Below, in pieces: positions 1 through 3,844 of a stretch of DNA of 5,758 bases; the stretch's first letter is position 1, and each line of letters starts with the position of its first letter. The position numbers and the translations under genes are program-made. The notes beneath the pieces were generated by a model. The model ran no database searches. It was not told the DNA's origin and worked only from the letters and a program-made list of their open reading frames with translations. This DNA is from a virus, in IMG/VR virus record IMGVR_UViG_3300045988_003271, positions 1 to 5,758 of that record; one strand, 5' to 3'.

Positions 1-55
1 GACAGGCACAAGCACAGACGAACAGGCATTTGGGTACCAAGAGTGCTGGGCCGAA
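1..55. repeat. Terminal direct repeat, copy 1. It is identical to 5704..5758 and marks the overlap of a circular genome or assembly.
   Basis: A base-by-base comparison shows gacaggcacaagcacagacgaacaggcatttgggtaccaagagtgctgggccgaa at both window ends (55/55 identical). Confidence 0.97.
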
Positions 56-313
56 TACAGAATGAAGCCAAACCGAATCTGTGGCAAATTCCGAAGCAAC
101 GCAACCGGTACACTGGATAGTTGGCACTACGGTGACAACTACAAGGAAGTGCCAAACTTGAGTCAAGCATGGATGAAAGAAGGAGATTCCGAAATCCAGC
201 GAACTCTCGCAGTAGACAACGAACCGCAATTTATCATGGACACTGTCATCGACAACACCAGCGTCAGACCTATGCCCATGTACAGTATTCCGGGCCTCGT
301 TGACCATCACTAA
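1..313 (+). CDS. VP1: Major capsid protein VP1, C-terminal part. It continues from 4313..5703 across the circular junction. Codons start at position 2 and the stop TAA is at 311..313.
   Basis: The frame matches the ORF leaving the window at 5758 (positions = 2 mod 3). The track ORF 62..313 is only the piece after an internal Met. The sequence ...[22 protein letters not shown]...[10 protein letters not shown] resembles the conserved C-terminus of microvirus F/VP1 capsid proteins as I recall it. The joined gene is 1704 nt, or 567 aa. Confidence 0.93.
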   Translation, partial: TGTSTDEQAFGYQECWAEYRMKPNRICGKFRSNATGTLDSWHYGDNYKEVPNLSQAWMKEGDSEIQRTLAVDNEPQFIMDTVIDNTSVRPMPMYSIPGLVDHH

Positions 314-326
314 GAAAGGGGGAAAG

Positions 327-357
327 CCCGGGGGCAAAACCCCGGGTTTATTTATTT
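327..357 (+). terminator. GC-rich hairpin plus T-rich tail between VP1 and VP2, a candidate intrinsic terminator or attenuator
   Basis: cccgggg (327..333) pairs perfectly with ccccggg (340..346) around the 6-nt loop gcaaaa. It is followed by tttatttattt and lies 14 nt after the VP1 stop. Confidence 0.55.
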
Positions 358-1152
358 ATGTTAGCAGGACTTGGAAGCGCATTACTAGGAATCGGAAAAC
401 AGTTACTGCCAACGGTCGCAAGCTGGGGCTTAAACAAACTACTCGGCGGAAACATGAGCGAAAGCAACGGTGGAAGCCAACAGCACAACGAAAGCACAAG
501 CGCCGGCGGCGGCACAAGCACCAGCGAAAGCGGCGTAAACAGAGAACAAAATCTGCAGGACTGGAATAGTATGCTTGGAGCAATCCAAGCAAATATGCAA
601 AGCCAGCAAAAGTTTAACCGAAAAAGCATGTTTGAACAAATGGGATATAACACCATGGCGGCAATCACGCAAGGAGTATATAACCAGATAAGCAACAACG
701 CGGCGATGAGCTACAATAGCGCGGAGGCCGCAAAAAACAGAGCTTGGCAGGAACAAATGAGCAACACAGCCTATCAAAGGGCTGTAGCTGACATGAGAAA
801 AGCGGGAATCAACCCTATCCTAGCATACCAACAGGGCGGAGCAAGCACACCGGGTGGAGCACAAGGCACAATCAGCGGGGCAAGTATGGGACTTGCAAGC
901 AGTAGCGCGGCAAGCGCGAGTGCGCTGGGCGTGAACCAAAACCACAACAACACATGGAGCAAAAGCGAATCAAACTGGTACAACGCGGCACAAGCAGTCG
1001 GAGACGCAACAAGTTGGTCACACACAAGCGCAGACAAAGCTCTAAAAGCGATGGAAGAAGTGTTTAACAAGCTGGAAAACGTGAGCGAAAAAAGCACATA
1101 CAACGCAGGCGGAGGCGCATCACACGGCGCAGGAGCAGGAAGAGGCAGATAA
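358..1152 (+). CDS. VP2: VP2-like minor capsid / DNA pilot protein (264 aa)
   Basis: It lies directly downstream of VP1, as in gokushoviruses. It has a hydrophobic N-terminus ([18 protein letters not shown]) and G/S/A/N/Q-rich low complexity. The block [28 protein letters not shown] matches the conserved core I recall for gokushovirus VP2. No clear SD precedes the ATG. Confidence 0.82.
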   Translation: MLAGLGSALLGIGKQLLPTVASWGLNKLLGGNMSESNGGSQQHNESTSAGGGTSTSESGVNREQNLQDWNSMLGAIQANMQSQQKFNRKSMFEQMGYNTMAAITQGVYNQISNNAAMSYNSAEAAKNRAWQEQMSNTAYQRAVADMRKAGINPILAYQQGGASTPGGAQGTISGASMGLASSSAASASALGVNQNHNNTWSKSESNWYNAAQAVGDATSWSHTSADKALKAMEEVFNKLENVSEKSTYNAGGGASHGAGAGRGR

Positions 1153-2172
1153 ATGGGATGCAATAAACCGTTAATCCGGTTCTATGTACCTCATAACAGG
1201 GAGGCGAGTGGGCGAGTGTACTCACTCGCCTCTTTTAACGAGATACACAAGACCAAAATGACTTACGAAAATTTAATGTACAGAAAAGATGTAATGTTGA
1301 TACCATGCGGACAATGCACAGGGTGCAGACTGCGCAAGCGTAAAGACTGGTCAACGCGAATGGAGCTGGAAGCATACGGACACAACAAAGAAAGTATCTG
1401 GTTTATTACGCTAACTTACGATGATGACCACGTACCAACACAGGACACGGAAACAGGCGAAATCTACAAAGGCGGAATAAACATCTGGAAAGGCGCCTCA
1501 GAGCGTCCAAAAACAGCGCAAACTCTAAGCGTAGGGGATACCCAACTATTTATGAAAAGGCTCAGAAAGGCCATCAAAGAGCCTCTAAGATACTTTTTAG
1601 CGGGAGAGTACGGAGACAACACAGCAAGACCGCACTATCATATGATACTATATGGATGGCATCCGGACGACTTAAAACCAATCCATAAGCTGTCAAGGTA
1701 CGGCCACTATACAAGCGATAAGCTAGTAAAAATCTGGGGACAAGGCGCGGTCGACATCGCACAGGCAACACCGGAAACATATAATTATGTTGCAGGGTAT
1801 GTGACCAAAAAGCTATACGGCAACGACAAAAAGCGTTACCAAAAAATGGGTTTAATACCACCATTTTGCACTATGAGCCGGAAGCCGGGACTAGGAGACA
1901 AATGGTTCGAGGACAACCAAGAACGACTCTGGCAACAAGGGTACATACAGCTTACCAACGGCAAAAGAGCGGCCATACCAGAATACTATTGGCGAAAACT
2001 GGAAGTTGAAAACCCTGAAAAAGCATGGAGAATCAAGAAATATCGACAGGAAAAAGCCATAGCGTCCCTAATCGAGAGAAACGCGGAAACCGATAAACCA
2101 TACGCGGAGCAACTGAAGGACAAAGAGACCTCCATGGCCAAAAAGATGAGCAAAGCCAAAGGCATATTTTGA
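1153..2172 (+). CDS. VP4: VP4 rolling-circle replication initiation protein (HUH endonuclease, 339 aa)
   Basis: It carries PCGQCTGCRL, the motif FITLTYDD, and the HUH motif RPHYHMILYG (HYH codons at 1633..1641). The catalytic-Tyr motif YNYVAGYVTKK lies at 1780..1812. An SD-like GGAAGAGG ends 7 nt upstream, and the ATG abuts the VP2 stop (TAAATG). Confidence 0.95.
   Translation: MGCNKPLIRFYVPHNREASGRVYSLASFNEIHKTKMTYENLMYRKDVMLIPCGQCTGCRLRKRKDWSTRMELEAYGHNKESIWFITLTYDDDHVPTQDTETGEIYKGGINIWKGASERPKTAQTLSVGDTQLFMKRLRKAIKEPLRYFLAGEYGDNTARPHYHMILYGWHPDDLKPIHKLSRYGHYTSDKLVKIWGQGAVDIAQATPETYNYVAGYVTKKLYGNDKKRYQKMGLIPPFCTMSRKPGLGDKWFEDNQERLWQQGYIQLTNGKRAAIPEYYWRKLEVENPEKAWRIKKYRQEKAIASLIERNAETDKPYAEQLKDKETSMAKKMSKAKGIF
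1201..1236 (+). other. Strong hairpin inside the 5' end of VP4, built from a tandem 8-mer plus its inverted copy and followed by TTTT
   Basis: gaggcgagtg (1201..1210) pairs 10/10 with cactcgcctc (1223..1232). An alternative register pairs ggcgagtg (1211..1218) with cactcgcc (1223..1230) around the loop tact. GGCGAGTG is tandemly duplicated at 1203..1218. T1233..T1236 follow the stem. Confidence 0.7.
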
Positions 2173-2185
2173 AACTTTGGTGTCA

Positions 2186-2223
2186 CTCAGCCAAGTAACT
2201 ATCAAGTAAGCTACTTGGCTGAG
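2186..2223 (+). terminator. Perfect 12-bp hairpin 14 nt after the VP4 stop, a candidate terminator and/or ssDNA structural element
   Basis: ctcagccaagta (2186..2197) pairs perfectly with tacttggctgag (2212..2223) around a 14-nt loop. A moderately T-rich tail, cattttattgatttgtt, follows. Confidence 0.5.
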
Positions 2224-2241
2224 CATTTTATTGATTTGTTA

Positions 2242-2285
2242 AATGCACACGCGCGCGCACGTAATCGCGCACACGCACGTGCATT
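2242..2285. repeat. Imperfect GC-rich palindrome made of alternating purine-pyrimidine tracts
   Basis: Arms 2242..2261 and 2266..2285 pair at 15 of 20 positions around the loop taat. Positions 2243..2263 (21 nt) and 2266..2284 (19 nt) alternate R/Y perfectly. A 24-nt pure A/T run (2283..2306) follows. Confidence 0.85.
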
Positions 2286-2339
2286 ATATTATTATTTTTT
2301 TATTAACTTGTTGTAGTCGTAGTAGTAGGGAGTGTTGAA

Positions 2340-2423
2340 ATGTTGAATACTATGAATTTTTATCCTTGGAACGATATTTTTTGGCTAATTTTAATGTTGA
2401 TACTTTTGTGGATAACTTGTTGA
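2340..2423 (+). CDS. Hypothetical 27-aa hydrophobic micro-protein (MLNTMNFYPWNDIFWLILMLILLWITC)
   Basis: The ATG at 2340 sits 7 nt after the SD-like GGGAG (2328..2332), and the TGA stop is at 2421..2423. The C-terminal 15 residues are almost entirely hydrophobic. The region is AT/T-rich, so this could be a chance ORF. Confidence 0.25.
   Translation: MLNTMNFYPWNDIFWLILMLILLWITC
2407..2415 (-). promoter_or_regulatory. Perfect DnaA-box consensus (TTATCCACA on the - strand)
   Basis: The + strand reads tgtggataa at 2407..2415, the exact reverse complement of TTATCCACA. It sits at the same place in a duplicated module as the box-like site at 2471..2479. Confidence 0.35.
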
Positions 2424-2444
2424 AATGTTGAAAGCGTAGCAATA

Positions 2445-2464
2445 TGCACAAAAACCTTTGTGCA
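2445..2464 (+). other. 8-bp hairpin between the two repeat modules
   Basis: tgcacaaa (2445..2452) pairs perfectly with tttgtgca (2457..2464) around the loop aacc. Confidence 0.6.
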
Positions 2465-2470
2465 ACATTT

Positions 2471-2479
2471 TGTGGAAAA
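2471..2479 (-). promoter_or_regulatory. DnaA-box-like 9-mer (TTTTCCACA on the - strand; fits TTWTNCACA)
   Basis: The + strand reads tgtggaaaa at 2471..2479. It lies within the potential hairpin caaca-tttt[gtgg]aaaa-cc-tgttg (2463..2486). Confidence 0.3.
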
Positions 2480-2549
2480 CCTGTTGAAAGTGTTGAAAGT
2501 GTTGAAAAAGCAAATAAAGGCAGTCCGGCGAGCGAAACCGAAAAGTTGC

Positions 2550-2589
2550 GTCATGCTCTTCGCACGGCGCACCGCGCCTAACGCATGAC
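2550..2589 (+). other. GC-rich nested stem-loop in the intergenic region
   Basis: The outer stem gtcatgc (2550..2556) pairs with gcatgac (2583..2589). The inner hairpin is ggcgc (2566..2570), loop acc, gcgcc (2574..2578). It forms a GC island inside an AT-rich region. Confidence 0.55.
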
Positions 2590-2628
2590 CTTCAACACAA
2601 AAAATTCTAAACTTTTTTGAAAAAAACC

Positions 2629-2657
2629 TTAACTTTTTCGATAAAGTGTGGTAGAAT
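2629..2657 (+). promoter_or_regulatory. Sigma70-type promoter with an extended -10 element, driving the small-ORF cassette
   Basis: The -35 is TTAACT (2629..2634). After a 17-nt spacer, TG (2649..2650) and one further nt precede the -10 TAGAAT (2652..2657). An SD and start codon follow 10 to 30 nt downstream. Confidence 0.55.
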
Positions 2658-2684
2658 ATAATCACAGGAAGGAAGGTGCTAAAG

Positions 2685-2870
2685 ATGACGCACTACTACG
2701 AACTCAGAAGCTTTGAAGATGACAGAACAATAAAGACTGTACTCAAAATCTCAGCGGAACCAAAATACGCAAAACAAAGAGCAAGAGAATACGCAAAACG
2801 AAACCCGGGACTATACTCGCTAGAAAAAGTCAAAAAAGTAGAAACGTACTTCACTGAAAAGGAGAAGTAA
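2685..2870 (+). CDS. Hypothetical small protein, 61 aa. The track gives GTG 2676; I prefer ATG 2685.
   Basis: The SD AGGAAGGAAGG (2666..2676) ends 8 nt before ATG 2685. The product is charged and Lys-rich (MTHYYELRSFEDDRTIKTVLKISAEPKYAKQRAREYAKRNPGLYSLEKVKKVETYFTEKEK). I recognise no family. Confidence 0.6.
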   Translation: MTHYYELRSFEDDRTIKTVLKISAEPKYAKQRAREYAKRNPGLYSLEKVKKVETYFTEKEK

Positions 2871-2871
2871 A

Positions 2872-3069
2872 ATGAGAAAACCTAGACTGAACGAAAACAC
2901 AATAGCAAAACTCGAAATCTACGGATATGCGAAATGTAGCAAATACTACTACGAACTAACAGACTACATCGACGAGGAAGGAAACCGCTACACGGAACTT
3001 GAACGGACGGACTTAAAAACCGGAGACATAAAAACATACAATTGGGAAAAATACACAAAAGGGGCTTGA
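2872..3069 (+). CDS. Hypothetical small protein, 65 aa
   Basis: The SD AAAGGAG (2858..2864) lies 7 nt before ATG 2872. The start is 1 nt after the upstream stop. Its own stop codon is embedded in the intrinsic terminator hairpin. I recognise no family. Confidence 0.6.
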   Translation: MRKPRLNENTIAKLEIYGYAKCSKYYYELTDYIDEEGNRYTELERTDLKTGDIKTYNWEKYTKGA

Positions 3070-3086
3070 CAAGCCCCTTTTTTTTT
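3057..3086 (+). terminator. Rho-independent terminator closing the two-ORF cassette
   Basis: ggggctt (3061..3067) pairs 7/7 with aagcccc (3071..3077) around the loop gac. It is followed by T9 (3078..3086) and preceded by AAAA (3057..3060), which could extend the stem. Confidence 0.82.
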
Positions 3087-3108
3087 GATAGATTTAAAAC
3101 AGTTAAAC

Positions 3109-3128
3109 AGCACAAAAGTGCTTTTTTT
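3109..3128 (+). terminator. Second, weaker terminator-like hairpin
   Basis: agcac (3109..3113) pairs with gtgct (3118..3122) around the loop aaaa, followed by T6 (3123..3128). Confidence 0.35.
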
Positions 3129-3170
3129 ACAAAACCATTTATACAAAATATTTTTTAGGAGGTGTTTGCT

Positions 3171-3278
3171 CTGACTCTCAAGGAAATTAACGCGCTGTTT
3201 AACAACATCCGCAAAATTTTGGCCATGCTGGACAAGATTTACCACGCAGTAGAGGGCAACGAGAAGCCCAAGGAGTAA
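3171..3278 (+). CDS. Possible micro-ORF (35 aa from CTG 3171; 38 aa from GTG 3162): (M)TLKEINALFNNIRKILAMLDKIYHAVEGNEKPKE
   Basis: A strong SD, TAGGAGG (3156..3162), has no canonical start at proper spacing. An in-frame CTG lies 8 nt downstream. The last codons, AAG GAG TAA, supply the SD for the next ORF. The first in-frame ATG is at 3225. Confidence 0.25.
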   Translation: MTLKEINALFNNIRKILAMLDKIYHAVEGNEKPKE

Positions 3279-3283
3279 CCAAA

Positions 3284-3505
3284 GTGAAAACATGGAACGT
3301 AAGAGACCAGACCGATACGAACCTTATGGAAGAACTGAAGAGAACCTACAAAGAAATCGACGCCACTTACAAGCTACTGCAAAAGGCCGCAAAGTACGAC
3401 GACGCAAAATTTTACCTTGACATGGCGTTCCGAAAAAGGGCAAAAGCAACGGAAATCGAGGTGGAAATCCTCAGAAGGGAAATAAACCATGGGAAAGAGG
3501 AGTAA
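3284..3505 (+). CDS. Hypothetical small helical/charged protein, 73 aa, GTG start
   Basis: The SD AAGGAG (3270..3275) lies 8 nt before GTG 3284. The product looks coiled-coil-like (…EELKRTYKEIDATYKLLQKAAKYDDAKFYLDMAFRKRAKATEIEVEILRREI…). I recognise no family. Confidence 0.55.
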   Translation: MKTWNVRDQTDTNLMEELKRTYKEIDATYKLLQKAAKYDDAKFYLDMAFRKRAKATEIEVEILRREINHGKEE

Positions 3506-3608
3506 AGTCCGCAAATCCAAAGACGCAAAAATTTACAACAGGACCGCAAAAAAGACCAAGGCAATCAACCTTGGAAGCGGCGCAATGCGAGGAGGCATTA
3601 GATTATGA
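3489..3608 (+). CDS. Small basic DNA-binding/packaging protein (39 aa), equivalent to phiX174 J or chlamydiaphage ORF8. It is absent from the ORF track.
   Basis: My own translation gives MGKRSKVRKSKDAKIYNRTAKKTKAINLGSGAMRGGIRL. Thirteen of 39 residues are K/R. The C-terminal MRGGIRL resembles the ending I recall for gokushovirus ORF8-type proteins. An SD-like AAGGGA lies 8 nt upstream, and the stop overlaps the next start (ATGA at 3605..3608). Confidence 0.7.
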   Translation: MGKRSKVRKSKDAKIYNRTAKKTKAINLGSGAMRGGIRL

Positions 3609-3844
3609 TTAACGTGTATGGCATCTATGACCAGTGTGCAATGAGCTACATTACCACCTTTAACGAGCGAGACGACAAAGTCGCCGAGCGCAATTTTAAA
3701 ATTGCGCTGATGGACGAAAACAACATCATGAGCAAAACGCCGAGCGACTACAGACTTGTAAGACTCGCAAAATTCGACGAACACGACGGCACTTTCGAAG
3801 AGAGTAAGGAGAACATTTACGATGGCATATCGCTCAGTAAGTAA
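3605..3844 (+). CDS. VP5: VP5-like non-structural protein (79 aa; gokushovirus ORF5 family, proposed analogue of phiX174 protein C)
   Basis: The pattern Y.IYD…Y…F……AER.F……N…..P.DYRLV.L..FDE.DG.F matches my recollection of the conserved ORF5/VP5 layout. The SD GAGGAGG lies 10 nt upstream, and the gene sits next to VP3. Confidence 0.62.
   Translation: MINVYGIYDQCAMSYITTFNERDDKVAERNFKIALMDENNIMSKTPSDYRLVRLAKFDEHDGTFEESKENIYDGISLSK

Larger units (their letters stand above)
2333..2508 (+). repeat. Cluster of iteron-like direct repeats with unit TGTTGAA(A/G)
   Basis: Exact TGTTGAA copies occur at 2333, 2341, 2418, 2426, 2482, 2491 and 2500, arranged as two 8-nt doublets and one 9-nt triplet. Variants are TGTTGAT at 2395 and TGTTGTA at 2309. 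All copies share one orientation. Confidence 0.88.

Noticed and set aside
1-55. The terminal repeat as a biological direct terminal repeat or LTR
   Set aside because: Microviridae genomes are circular. An exact end overlap inside a continuous capsid reading frame is what a linearised circular contig looks like.
62-313. Track ORF 62..313 as an independent 83-aa gene
   Set aside because: It is the in-frame C-terminal tail of VP1 after an internal Met. The frame is open from position 2 and continues from 4313..5703 across the circular junction.
300-569. Highly basic 89-aa alternative-frame ORF overlapping the VP1 end and VP2 start. Overlapping genes do have precedent in phiX174.
   Set aside because: It has a TTG start with no SD. 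The K/R richness follows trivially from the purine-rich AGC/AAC/GAA codons of VP2 read out of frame, and the ORF runs through the terminator hairpin. It would be worth revisiting only if the frame is conserved in relatives.
2300-2425. A phiX174-type origin (CAACTTGATATTAATAAC) suggested by the two TAACTTGTTG copies
   Set aside because: Only the AACTTG hexamer is shared with the phiX174 nick region, which is too short to be meaningful. The gokushovirus nick-site sequence is not something I can verify from memory.
2333-2508. The TGTTGAAA repeat cluster as a CRISPR array
   Set aside because: The units are only 8 to 9 nt and are directly tandem or irregularly spaced. There are no spacers of uniform length, and no cas genes could fit in a 5.7-kb phage.
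2444-2581. Plus-strand 45-aa ORF (MHKNLCATFCGKPVESVESVEK…RTAHRA) and a 31-aa ORF from ATG 2243
   Set aside because: Neither has a convincing SD. Both run straight through palindromes, hairpins and the triple repeat (which gives VESVESVEK), so they look like by-products of DNA-level elements. They cannot be excluded without conservation data.
2521-2591. The GC-rich island as a tRNA or tRNA-like gene
   Set aside because: I could not fold it into a cloverleaf. There are no acceptor, T-arm or anticodon-arm features, only a nested hairpin.
2360-2665. Minus-strand 101-aa ORF covering the intergenic repeat region
   Set aside because: It has a GTG start with no SD. Its sequence (FNTFNTFNRF) is just the iteron array read in reverse, and it runs antisense through the cassette promoter. 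A non-coding interpretation fits better.
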